Origin: Marsupella aquatica
Lineage: Eukaryota > Plantae > Marchantiophyta
Assembly (NCBI GenBank): GCA_973895155.1
Contig: OZ316892.1
Location: 24,561,971 to 24,625,970, forward strand
DNA length: 64,000 bases
Direction: 5' to 3'
The position numbers were made by a program, and so were the translations under genes. The notes below the pieces were generated by a model, which saw only the letters and a list, made by a program, of their open reading frames with translations, ran no database searches and had not been told where the DNA came from. Positions 1 through 12,724 of this stretch are shown in pieces (the stretch's first letter is position 1; each line of letters starts with the position of its first letter).

Positions 1-1869
1 GCAAAGGAATGTGACTACTTTGATCAGCACAGATGTGCAATCTTCTGATTCCAAGTCTTGATATTTGCAGATTCACTACTCTGTAAAAGTAGAGAAAACA
101 TGTGGTACAAAACCAGCTGAAAGTTTCTGGATTTTACAAGAACTGCAAGTGCTGATCAGATTCTTTCCTCTATGTGACATTGTTATCTTGCGGAAATTTT
201 GTCCTAGTACTGTACCGTGAAAGATCCGGATTTAGGAGGACTTTCCAAACCAAAACCAAATTTGTCTACAATGTCAACAAATTCATGTTCAATCTTATAT
301 GTGACATTGTTATCTTGCAAAAGTTTTGTTCAAAAACTAAACCTTGAAGGATTTCTTTTTATGTTTCAAACCAAATCTATCTACAAAGTCAACAAAATTT
401 GCTCAACCATGACATCTTGTAGCTAGACTGTACCTAAATAATTTGACCATATATTTGAAGGGACAAACCTTGGTCAAAGCATTGCATCCTGTACAGTGGA
501 TGATACAATATTTGATCATATAGTTGACAGCATGAAACTAGTGGGACCACAAAAAAATCTGCTATTTGTATGTTCATTGGATACTTTTACAGGCCATGGA
601 CTAGCAAGTTTACCCAGATAAAATAAAATTAAAAACTATATCTTGTGGAAGTGAAAAAAAAACAAAACAACAGTCTAAGGTTTAACAAAAATAAATTTGA
701 AAAACTATTATTGCAAATGTTCATTGTATAAATGTCCAAATTGGTAAAGATTACAAAGGCTAGGCACCAATATTAAGTACCATTATCATAACCTGGATTG
801 TGGTCTTCAATCACAAAAAGTAACTTAAATTTGAGCTTGCGTGATTTGATAATAAAACTTTTCCTTGCTAGCCAAATTTTTTATTCTATTTTTTTAGTAT
901 TTTGTTGACACCCAGCCAAAATGGGTTGTGATAATTGCACATAAAAAAGCAGCAACATAACAGTAGAAGAAACAATAGTGAGTGATATGTTTGAGTTTAT
1001 CATGTTATGCAATTTGTTAGCACTTGCCACCTAGCACAAATCACATTATGCTACTATTTTTTATGTGTAATTATTGTTTGGCAGCCACAAATTTCTACAT
1101 ATTTTAATAGAAGAAAAACTTTCCTAAACCTTTTTGCTGAGTCTTAATTTTTTGCAGGCTGATGAGCTTGTAATTGAAATTTCACCTAATTTCAGGGAAT
1201 GGCCAACATATTTTTCAGGATGATTTGTCTGAAATGCCAATTTAGTGTGCTAAATGCCAGCATATATTTAACTAATTAATTTATGCATAAATTTGATTAC
1301 AGCCATGATAAGGCTGTTGGAAAAGAATGATTTCATTGCTCACAGGGCCCAACTACCACATTAACATCCAAAACTATAAATTTTATTTTGTTAATATCAT
1401 TCTTTAAGAAAACCATAAATATTTCCAAAGTTCATGTAGGAATTAGTGTGGCTTGTCTTAAATAATTTCAATAAGATCCAATTACATACACATATTTAAA
1501 AAAAATACATTTGATAAATAATATTATTCTCACATTTGAATAAGCTATTTTAGTTCATAAAAAGTGCTTGTTGAGGAACATCATTTGTATTCGTGTTTAC
1601 AACCGTTTATTTTACTTTCTATATTTTATAAATATCTTGCCCAAAATAAAACTTAAAATATTTATTTTCGGTTGTGCCAATCCTAGTTGAATACTCATTA
1701 TAGCATACACATACCCAATAAGTATGATTACTATAACATTAAAGGCCTAATAGTACTTATCTATGATATTTTATGCAACAAGAAATAGACAAGTTTTGCC
1801 GAGTGCTAGCTTATATCAATACTATCATTGTTAGTTCAATTGTTTTATCACAAATATTTTCTTAAATCT

Positions 1870-2370
1870 GGGATTTACAAGATTTCCAATCTTTTTGGCA
1901 TGATACATACCTTGCCACGGAAATTTTTCTATCTATCACTATGCCATATTTTTTTGTGGGTTAAGAAACTAACCCAGATTACCAACTTGACATCCAATGG
2001 CTGTCATCACACCCCAATTTACAATTAGATGACCTGGATTTTCCTCGATATGACTTTGACCATCTTTAGGAGGACTGGGGCAAACACTGCATAGGTACAA
2101 GCTAGCATTAGACAAAGGCCATGCATAGGATGGGGGGATCATCCGAACCACCCCTTGGTATGCTGACCCAAGGGTGATCAAGATCATCTTGAGGGAGATC
2201 CGGACCGTTTGATTAGAAAATTGGGTGTGATGATAGCCGTTGGGCATGAAGGAGCTAACTTATGTTAGTTTTATTAATCCACAAACAAAAAGAGTGACAT
2301 TGTGATAAGAAAAAAATAAGTGACATGATAAATATTATGCCAAAAAAGAGTGGCAACCTAGTAAATCACA
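1870..2370. mobile_element. Foldback/MITE-like element with ~190-bp imperfect inverted arms
   Basis: 1870-2060 (gggatttacaag...catcacaccccaattt...gactttgacca) is an imperfect reverse complement of 2175-2370 (tgatcaagatc...aaattgggtgtgatg...gtaaatcacac). No clean TSD seen. Confidence 0.6.
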
Positions 2371-4724
2371 CTATCTATGCAATGAAATGCAACTTCTTTG
2401 TCATTATTTGTCACTTTAACTCAACTCCAATAAGCCTCTACATAGTTTGAAAACTCATCTTCAAAGCTCCACTCTAAATCTTCAATGTCATTTTCCCATC
2501 ACAGTTGGTCACAGAATCCATGGTTGGTGACTGATTTTTTAATTTTATTAAGCAACATTAGATCACTCAATAATTATGTCTGCAAAATTTTTCTTCTCTT
2601 TTATCTCATCAACATACTTGCATGATCAATATCACATTCAGATAGTTTATTTCTAATAGTTTCAATGACCCTTTATTCTACACTGACCATGAAAGGGGTA
2701 TGTACATATTAAGCATTTCTTCAATATTGTCAAATTGAGCAATCCAAATCTTCTGGAGCCTGCCTCACCTATGGACCTAACAATAATGAAATATCACTTA
2801 TAACCTTGCACAACACCTTCATATATTTGTTAGTCCCCTTTCTTAAATTTGATAGCCTCAACACACTGTATAGTTTGGAATATATGAACAACTAGCATAA
2901 AATACATTTACTCCCAAGAAAGCTAGAGAGGTAGCACAGTTTTTTTGTTACATTCTTCCTTCCATCACAATAGAGCAATGTTGGACATCTTGTATTTTTT
3001 TCTTGGCTAGGTTTTGTGTTTTTGTTGAGATGTTTGTTTTTTTTGTCTATAAAAATTTTCCTCTTTGTTATTTTTTTTTCATTTTAAGAGTATCTTGAAC
3101 TCTTCAATGCAAGCTTCTCATAGCTATTTCTTCAATTTGTGCATTTTATTTTTGAAACTTGCATCAAGCGCTTCTTTTACACCCTTACATTTTTATTAAA
3201 TGATGATATTTTAATTGGAGGATTGAAATTGAGACTGCATAAAATATTTTGCTTCTAGATTGTACCTAAACGCCAACAAATCTTTCTCTAGATTTTATTT
3301 TCTAACTTAGAAAGCTATGTACATAGACATCAAAATGTACATATAGACATATAGTTCTTAATATTTGCATTATATGTTTTTTTCTCTATAGTAAGAATTC
3401 AGAAATATATGCCCAGCTGCTATTTCCATGACAAATGATCTACTTGGACAAATTACACTGCTTGCATAGACCACTCATAAACTTGTATTTAACCGGATGA
3501 CAAGGTTTGAAATTAAAGTACTTAACATTCATACAAAGAGCATTTTGAGATCTAATTCAATATATAAAAATTGGGAAGAAATTTTCACCGGATTATTTTT
3601 GTAGTTGGATCTAGTTTAGTAAACCATACTTGTGATTGTATCCAAACTTTAATTTTTGTCCTGCGCTTGTAGAATCTCTATCAAAATCACATCCCTAGCT
3701 CCATGGGACTTGCCAATTTTTTCTAAAAGACTTAGTTTACCTCCAAAATGGTGGAAAAAACCTTTAAAAATACTAACAACGTACCTGAGCTTCACGGGAC
3801 CAGTCAATGTTTTCTGAGTGAATGTTTTTACATGCAAAATATTGAAAGTTTTTAACAAAAAAGATGACAAAACTAAGACTTTATGCTTGCATTATGTTGT
3901 CAAACTCTTATCTAACTACAATAAGAGGGCTAGTTGTCAATCTAAGGATTCTCCTCAAATGTAGCCAAATCAACAACTCACATACCTTAGTCAAAATTTC
4001 TATGACTCAAGAAAAATACAATGAATTCGGAGCCCCCATGGACCACATTTCCTAAAATGTGATTTACATTCTAAAAACTTGATATTCAAAAACTCAAACA
4101 TTTTAGAAAAGTAAGCAAGCTACACTTTACTAGAGAAGTAAGTAAGCTACACTTTAACAAAGTGATAGCAAATTTTTGATTGAGTTTTTTTATCACAGAT
4201 CGCGGAGGGTATATTCCATTAGATTTATTTCATTGTGTACATATAAAATATTTTGGTAGCCTGTGTTTTCTTATATCTTATCCTTCTCTTGTTGTCTTAT
4301 AGGTGCAAAACTAATTTTTGTGTTTTAGTTAGAACTCATAATCATCAGGTTATGGGCCCCAAACTCCTATAAACTATTGAAGTGTGATCCAGGGTAGCAC
4401 CACTCTGTCCAACATGGTGGTCCATCTTGGCTTCACTTTGAAAATCAAAAACTATAATACAAGGTTGCACCGTTTTATGCCCCTGGTTGTCTTTCAAATT
4501 TGGTGTGGAATTTTGAGTGAAAGAAAGCTAAACAGACAGATCTTTTGCTTTTTCATTTTGCACCAAGATCAAATCTTCCCTGTACCATCCATGCATACAT
4601 GATCCTCCCTCTACCATGCATGCAATACCATGCATGCATAGGAAGTGCTACATACTCCATGTAGTATTGCATGATAGTCCTTTGTAATTATGAGAAAAAT
4701 GAAGAGAGATATGCTTAGTAGACC

Positions 4725-4880
4725 TCCTTCTGGGAAAAGTTTGCTTAATCAACCTCCTCAATACTTTTCCCCAATCTGGACCATTGATGTTTTAGATCTC
4801 AGATCTGGACTGTTGATAGACCTCAGGGGGTTGATCAAGTAACAAGTTTCATTTTGGGGGTCGATCAAGTAAATACCTCA
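4725..4880. mobile_element. Small MITE-like inverted-repeat element
   Basis: The left side (gcttagtagacctcc / gcttaatcaacctcc) pairs with the right side (gggggttgatcaagt / gggggtcgatcaagt). Confidence 0.35.
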
Positions 4881-5419
4881 AAAATTAACTACGAATATTA
4901 CAGAGTCAATAAGGTATTGCAAGTGTAATCAATGAGAGAAAGAAGAGACCAAAACATAGTGAGGGGAGGGGGGTGTTAAGGTTAAAAGGAGGAAAAAAGA
5001 AAAGATAGAAACAGAGAAAAAACAATTCTCACTTTGTCATAGTTTGGTGGTCCTTGTCAACTCCTTTTAGCCCCATGACATTTTTTACTTGATGACATTT
5101 TTTATGCAATGAGATCTTTTTCACAAACAAAAATCCTTTTACTCAAGATATTTTATGGACTATGATATTTTTCTCAACTACATCTTTAGCACAACTTAGT
5201 CTATTGCACATGAACATCTTTTGTCGAACTACATCTTTTGCAGAAAGACATATTTTACTGAACAACATCTTTCGAGCAACCACATATTTTATTTAACTAC
5301 ATCTTTAAACACGTGTGTGGTGAGGTGTAGTGGTGGTAGTACCTGTTTCTCCTCAGCCCTTGGCTAGTCCGCTTTGGGGCTATGGTTCAACCTTCTGTCC
5401 CTTCTGAGTCCCTGGTATT

Positions 5420-5514
5420 ACCCCCCTTGTGGTTACCTTAGAGAGGTGCCTGTTCCATAATCGATCACCCCCCTTGTGGCTACCTTAGAGAGGTGCCTGT
5501 TACATAATCGATCA
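5420..5514. repeat. ~47-bp tandem duplication, possibly inside a SINE-like relic (~5315-5572)
   Basis: ccccccttgtggYtaccttagagaggtgcctgttMcataatcgatca occurs twice. Weak A-box/B-box-like motifs lie upstream and an A-rich tract lies downstream. Confidence 0.7.
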
Positions 5515-6959
5515 TCTATACTCTGTTGTTGGATGGTCAGCTTTTGATTTCAAGGAAACATAAATAAAAAAATGGAAGTTTCAAGCCAAAAAAGATAAAA
5601 ACTGAAATAAAATTATGTGACCGCAGTGAAGAATGACGACGCCGATCACTCGTTTCCCCAGATGCGGAAAAATGGCTTCGTGGGACCGAGTTGTCTGGAT
5701 TGGATTCCATCTATCTGCTGGTCTGGATTGCTTTCCGTGGATCTGCTGCTCTATCACTACAGAATCCTTTCGTCTCGTGTCGAGCACTGCCAGTCCACCC
5801 TTCATTCATGATGCAGGAATCGCAGCAGCAGAGAAAACAACCACACTTCGGTACGAACAAGATTTAGCTGCACGAGAGGAAAAATGCAGAATGTGCTTGC
5901 TGAGGCAGAGGTTTAGCGTCCAGTAGTAGCAACAGAATCAGGTGAGCGACGAGGCTTTGGTTTCGGCCAAGAAGAGCAGAGCAGAGCAGGGTTGCGACTC
6001 TCTTCTCATTTCGTTGCAGCTGGTGTTGCTGTTGGAGATGGCCGCGGTTTCAGCTACGATCGTCGCTGCTGTTCTCGAATCCGTTGCTGCGCGGCATGCT
6101 TATGCAACCCAGGTGTGGATCTCGATCAGAGACCATAGCGAGCTCGCTTTGAGAGAATCGAGGACTGTCCGATGCCGTTCCTCCTTGTATTCCATTTCAG
6201 CTGGGCTTCCGGTGCTCGTATCGATTGTAGTAGAAGTGGTCATTCGAGAGGAGCTTTTACGTGGTGTGCGTGACAATAGTACTTCATCTAGAATTTTATG
6301 TGGTCATCCGTGACAATTGCTTCATCTTAGCGTTGTCATCTGTTGAAGTCTAGGGTTTTCCCAACATAAAGATATTTGTGTGTTGCTACCTATCTGCAAT
6401 TTGTCTTGGGCCGTGCGTACCGTATGAGAGAAATGGGGTGTCTTAGTGTTTTCTGTAAGACTGTGAACAGTGTCGTTGATATAGAAACTATAACACGCCT
6501 TGGAAGCTCAAGGTGGTCCTGTGTGTTTCTGTCGAGATTGTGATGGAGGTGTCCACGAAGAATGAGGAATGCTTCACTTGAGAGTTTCTAAAAGCCAATG
6601 GGTGTCGAAAATGTTAGTTGTTTTCCATGTTTTCCGTCCCAAGAAGTGAGTGCAACTTATGTGCCGTGTGTTGCATTTGTCGGATTGTGGCATTTGGTCG
6701 ATAGATTTGCTGTTGGTCGGAGTCCCTAGGCTCTATTCTGGAGCATGTCATTAGAATTATGTTGGAGCTGAGGTGCCCGTTTTCTTTCCTTTGTCATTTA
6801 TTTCGTCAGCATTGATTGACCATATGAAAAGTTTGTCTACTTTACTGTCTTTTTGCTGTGCAAGTTATCATATATGCTATGTAGTCAGACCTAGCTTGTA
6901 GCCCCTTGTGAGCCTCACAACCAAACATTATGCTTTATCACGTATGCTGTATGAGTCCC

Positions 6960-7037
6960 GGCACAATAACCATGGCACCCTCTGTTTCCCTGGGTCAGGC
7001 ATAATAACCATGGCACCTTCTGTTGCCCTGGGTCAGC
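6960..7037. repeat. 38-bp tandem duplication upstream of the PPR coding region
   Basis: ggcaYaataaccatggcaccYtctgttKccctgggtca occurs twice. Confidence 0.8.
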
Positions 7038-7187
7038 TGGTATTCGTCCCTGCGGACAGACGGACGGAAGGAAGGAATGAAGGAAGTTACTATTGTTCCT
7101 CTAGAGCCCTCTGTAGCTCGGGAATTGCAAGTTGCATTTTAACAGGCTCGAGTCGATGCCACTGGGCCATAGCTTCTTGGAGACGAG

Positions 7188-9884
7188 ATGTTCCTCAGAC
7201 TCCTCCAGCCACATCCCATGGTAAGCTGTTCCTTCATTTCTGTGTGAAGGGTTACTTGATCAAAGTCGTTGAGAGTTTTGTAGACACCCCCCGTTCCTTA
7301 CCTGGGTCTTACTATCTCTTCCAACTTGAACACAGACAATGACAGACTTGTAGCCTGCTTACGTCATTTATTGACTGGATATGAATCGTTTTAGCTTCTG
7401 ATGAGCCATATTGGTCAGTGAGAGTAGACTTCTTGAGAAGCCTTCAAATTGAGCTTAGGAGAATAAGGAAATACTGTGATTGCAATCTGCTTCACCATGG
7501 ACATCTAAAGTTCTTGGGAGAGTGTTATTGAAGGTGATGGCTTGATGGATGTGACCACTCAACAGTTCTTGCTGATTACCCACATTAGCGGGCTAATAAG
7601 GTGCAATTGCAAGCAGGAGGGCAAACTGCTTGAATCTGAATAGGCTGTCCAGATGAGAGTTGATAGTAATGTAGGCTGTGCACCTCTGACCCAAATGGAT
7701 GAGTGATTTATGGAAGTATTATGTTTTGATTGTTGGCAGTCCAGCGAAAGATTGTAGAGAACCTTTGGCGGGAGTTCTTTGCAGATCCTTCCCGGTGGTG
7801 GGATAACAGGCCAGAGAAGGTGAACTTGGCTCCAATAATGAATGTTCTTGACAATTTTCTTGTCCACTGCCCTTGAGTTTAGGCACGGTAGACTATGAGG
7901 AAAGTGTTGCTAAGGAGTTGTTATGGATTTCTTATCGTAGGTAGACGACAGGTATCCAGACTTTACACACAAGGAGACACAGCGGGGACTCTGGCTCAAT
8001 GGCAAATTAAACCCCTCTTGGGTGCAAGCAGAGTTAGCTGCAATACCCTCGGGTACTTTGCTCTCAAGTCTCTTCACGTGGAATAAGAGGCTTGCAAGAT
8101 ACATCATAGAGGAACAATATGAGATGGCACTGGGGGTTTTTCGACGAATGCAGCAAGCAGGCATGGAACCAAATAGTTACACATTTGTCCCTCTATTAAA
8201 GGCCTGTGCTGGCTTACGAAATCCTCGTGAGGGCAGACGCATTCATAAGCTAATTATAGAGAGCGGTTGGGAGTCAGATAAGCATGTTGGTAGCAGCCTG
8301 GTTGACATGTACGCCAAATGTGGGAACATAGAGGATGCACGGAGGGTGTTCAACAAATTGGGAACGGATGATGTGGTCACTTGGAGTGTAATGATTCTAG
8401 GATATGGGAAATGTGGGCAAGGGCAGCAGGCACTGGAGTTATATCAGCGGATGCTTGATAAAGGGATGCAACCAAACCGTGTCACCTTTGTGGCAGCGTT
8501 GAGTGCATGCACTAGTCTGGGAGATCCAGAACAGGGCAAACGTATTCATGAACAAATTATCCAAAATGGGTGTGAGTCAGATATCTTCGTGGGTAGCACA
8601 CTGGTTGACATGTATGCCAAATGTGGGGACATCAAGGAGGCTCGAGAGGTATTTGACAAAATGCCGAGGCGAAATGTTGTGGCTTGGACAGCCATGATCT
8701 TGGGATACGTCAAGAGCGGGGAGGGGCAAAAGGCGTTGGAATTGTACTGGCAAATGCAATTTGAAGGGGTCGAACCAAACGCTTTTACTTATGTTGGTGT
8801 GCTAAATGCCTGTGCCAGTATAGGGGCTCTTGAGGAAGGCAGGCGTATTAATGCAGAAATCAGTCAGAATGGTTGTGAGTCCAATGTCTTTGTAGGAAAT
8901 AGCCTCATTAACATGTATGCAAAATGTGGGAGCCTAGAAGATGCCCTTAGAGCGTTTAATAATATGTCCAAACGCAATGTTGTATCCTGGACTTCCATGC
9001 TCGGGGGGTATGCGATGCATGGTCAGGATAACGAGGCTCTAAGGCATTTTGAGCGAATGCACCGAGAAGGAGTAGAGCTAAACGAAGTCACTTTTGTTAC
9101 CATTCTATCTGTTTGCAGTCGTGCCGGACTAGTGGATGAGGGCCTGGAATACTTTAAGCTGATGACTACTGGGTACCACATTTCTCCAACAGTTTACCAC
9201 TATGCCTGCATGTTTGATCTTCTCGGCCGTGCTGGCAGACTGAATGAGGCAGAAGATCTGATGAAAATGTCAGTTGAACCAACTCGAGTTGTTTGGATGT
9301 CACTACTCCGTGCTTGCAGAGTTCATGGCAATACGGAGATGGGAGATAGTATTGCAAATGGGCTCCTGGGATCAACCACTGAGAATGCTGCAGGCTTTGC
9401 GCACGATGTCGGTGAGTCAGAAAAAAGGGTACCAAGTCACGGGCATAGATCCGGAAAAACTTTGATAAAAGACCCAGGCCTCACCTGGATTGAAGTGGAT
9501 AGTGAAGTGCATTCTTTTGCTATAGATGAGCAACATCATCCTCACATAGGACGAATCCGTGCAGAGCTTAAAAGATTGTCAAGGGAGATGGCAGAGGCAG
9601 GATATGCGCGAGATTCTGTGCTGCACAATAGGGAGGAAGACGAAAAGGCAATCCAATTATGCGCCCACAGTGAGAAGCTGGCCATTGCATACGGGCTCAT
9701 CAGCACTCCACCTGGTACTCGACTGCACATTTTTAAGAATTTGCGAGCTTGTCGTGACTGTCACACGGCCACGAAGTTTATTTCCAAGATTACCAAGAGA
9801 GCAATAATTGTTAGAGATAACAATCGCTTCCATTGCTTTGAAGATGGTCGCTGCTCTTGCAAGGATTATGGCTTTGTTGGCTAG
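7188..9884 (+). CDS. PLS-class pentatricopeptide repeat protein with E1/(E2)/DYW cytidine-deaminase domain (organellar RNA-editing factor type)
   Basis: 12 PPR motifs arranged (P1L1S1)x3-P2L2S2, then E1, the PG box (PGLTWIEV), the zinc ligands HSEKLA and CRDCH, and a C-terminus ...[10 protein letters not shown]. The main exon 7941-9884 follows an AG acceptor. The putative first coding exon 7188-7220 (ATG...ATG|GTAAG) is in phase. The start position is less certain than the body. Confidence 0.93.
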
Positions 9885-10550
9885 ACGGTTTCTGGTTGAT
9901 ACTTGGAACTGGGGCTGCAAATGTTCCTACCGACGGTCAGAATTAACTGGGACAATACTTCCACCAAACTGAATACACCATCTGCACTTCCCTTGTCCTT
10001 CATAGCAACCAACGGTTTTTCTCAGACTTTGTTGCAGGTAGAAATCTCTCGTTGAGGGCGTCTAAAATTCTTGAGGTGCACTAATTCGTTACGGAAACGT
10101 GCAGAGTCAGCCTGTGTTGAGGAACCACTGCAGATCAGGTTAAAGAGGATACACCCGAAGACCGATACCTGTTGGCATTTGAAGTCATTCGGTGAACAGC
10201 CGTGGATCCAAGATTGGAACAAGTGGTGCCCAACGAGACAGCTGGACACTCAGACGATCTTGCGACACCTGACAGATATCTCTAGTACCGCTGCAGGTCA
10301 GGTGTAGGGAATGATGAACACCCATGGGAGCCCAATCTGATTTGGATACTGTGATGGCAAATTTTTCCCATATATCCACACCAGTCTGGATCAACCATCC
10401 TTACGCATAGATCATCCCCTAAAGAAAACCATCTTATATGAAACTGTAAGGATTGTTGGGTCATGATTTCCTGGAGCGTCGCGTTCTCAAACAGTAACCT
10501 GCAGCACCTGGGTGCCATATTGAGGGTACACTCATGACCGGTACGGCCTG

Positions 10551-10582
10551 TTCTCAGTTCTCAGTTCTCAGTTCTCAGTTCT
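10551..10582. repeat. (TTCTCAG)4 heptanucleotide repeat
   Basis: ttctcagttctcagttctcagttctcagttct. Confidence 0.9.
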
Positions 10583-11711
10583 GGTTTGTTTTAGTCTATC
10601 AATTGAGATTTTTGTTGATTCTAACGTAGGATCTCCATTGCAAGATGGCCACTAAAATTTAGGAGGGAGTGCCCTTAGACTCACATGCTTTCCCTGCAAA
10701 GTCTGATGTCTTCTTGAAAGCAAATACATTGTGGCATTGCAGGATGCAGAACGGAAGACTATTGGAATTAGTGAGTCTACAGGTGGGACGTTACGTTCCA
10801 CCCTCTAATGCTGTACTGACCCCAGTACCACGAGGACCATTTAAGCTGACATCTTGCTAATCAGGAGTTACATTGAGGGAACATCTCTTTCAATCAGATC
10901 ATGCACAGTCTGTATAGCACTTACTCTGACAACGAATGTCAAGTAGCAGAAAGTGTTGGACTGATGAAATGGGACACGCAGTTAGCCGTAAATCTAATCA
11001 GGTTGTTGAATTCGAAGAACTTGCGAAACCTACACCTCAGAAGTTTAGCGGTGATTTCGTTTTGTCTCTTATCTTGGTCATCGTGTAGGGAGGGTAGTTT
11101 ATGCTTTTGAGATATGTGAAAATGACGAATTGTGTGAGAACTGGAGAATTAAACCCACTTCACCTCGTACACGTGTTCACATTGCTTCATGCACTTCTTG
11201 CTCAAAGTGAGAACTTGGACACAAGCATCAGTGAAAGTCTCTTCCGTAGTGATTGAGGATATCTTTATGATGGACAGATAAGGTTTTCATTGCGATGACG
11301 GAATCTATATGATGTAATGTGGAAAGTGGAAAGGTGAGCTTTACAGTGAAGACCCGACATTCAATTGACGGGTGAAGGTGGTTTAGGAAGCTTGATATCG
11401 AATGTACACATTGCTGTACATGTACCACTTCTATGGTCTTTTGTCCTGTCATCCATTGAGCTTCGAAAGACTGACATCGTATGAAAGGAAATCGATTTTT
11501 GAAGAGAGGCATTTGGTGAGAGGCTTTTCATCGTTCTTTGCTTACTGTGACATTTGGTTGTGGGCAAATGAAAAATATCGAGAGAGGCTTTCTCCTAAGC
11601 TAATACTTGTTGTATGTATGGAAAACTTAGCCAGGTTTGCCAAAATGCTCCCACAGATTTGCCATGGATTTTTGCAACCCTGGTTGATTGCATTTTATTT
11701 TCATGTGATAA

Positions 11712-11990
11712 AAGATTTCTAATTAGTCCGTAGTGGTTGTGTGGTTTGTATCTATGGTCCTAGGGATTAACTATGTAAATTGACAAAAAGAGCGGTATTT
11801 AATGTGATAGAAGATTCCAAATTAGTCCATACTGGTTGTGTGTTTTTTATCTATGGTCCTAGAGATTACATATGTAATTTGACTAAAAGAGTTGCAAAGT
11901 ATTTAATGTAAAGATTTGGAATTAGTCAGGAGTGGTGTGTGGTTTCTATCTAAGGTCCTTGGGATTAAGGATGCAATTCAACAAAAGGAG
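11712..11990. repeat. Degenerate ~100-bp tandem repeat, 3 copies
   Basis: The unit aagatt..aattagtc...tggttgtgtggttt.tatctatggtccta.ggatta...aaaagag recurs at ~11712, ~11811 and ~11911. Confidence 0.75.
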
Positions 11991-12724
11991 TGACAATGTT
12001 ATTCAACAGAGAAAGTGGCAATCTATAAATCTCATAAAATTTTAGATCTTTATGAATTCAATAAAAGAGTAATTATTCTTAGTAGTGGTGGCAATATAGC
12101 AATCTCAAAATTGTTAGATCTTTCAAATAAGAAAGTTCAGGGGACAAAGCAAAGGTAAGCTCTGTCCTGGAAGAAGTATTGTTTGTAGGGGTAGTTCATG
12201 TCAACCAGTGAGAAAAAATATGTGATTAGAGACCTTCATTGTACCAATTCTCACAATGCTTGCATAGCATGAACAATACTGTGCATGGTAATTGGGATCC
12301 AAAAGTAGGGGATTTGGGTGTTCCTCTTGTGTTTCAAACACTGAATATGATGTTTCAAACATTGAATATGATGGAAAGGGAGAAAATTTAGAGAGCAATT
12401 TAAAGGGGTTACTTGAAACCAGTGTAAAATATAAATTAAAAGATTATAAGGAGGTTTATATCCAGTTTCACATGGATGAAAGTTCAAAGGAAAGATTTTA
12501 GTACGATAAATCAAATTATAAATAATGATAAATAAAATATTCTCATTCTGAGCAGGTCTGGTAGCTTGTCTATAAGGGGGCATGAACACATATATCAAAC
12601 TGCCAAAAAAAACAAACTAAATGCAGGCATGATTCCAACTGCAACAGATATAGGGCTACCAAAGAGCCAAAAAGGCCAGTAATATCCCAAAAGATCTCAA
12701 GCCCTACTTAGTACCAAACTGAAA

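Noticed and set aside
5581-6313. Short ORFs upstream of the PPR gene
   Set aside because: No protein motifs. Best explained as 5' UTR, uORFs and first intron (donor ag|gtgagc at 5942).
9640-9884. U-to-C (DYW:KP-type) editing domain
   Set aside because: It has canonical HSEKLA, KNLR and CxDCH motifs and lacks the HAE and GRP/DRH signatures.
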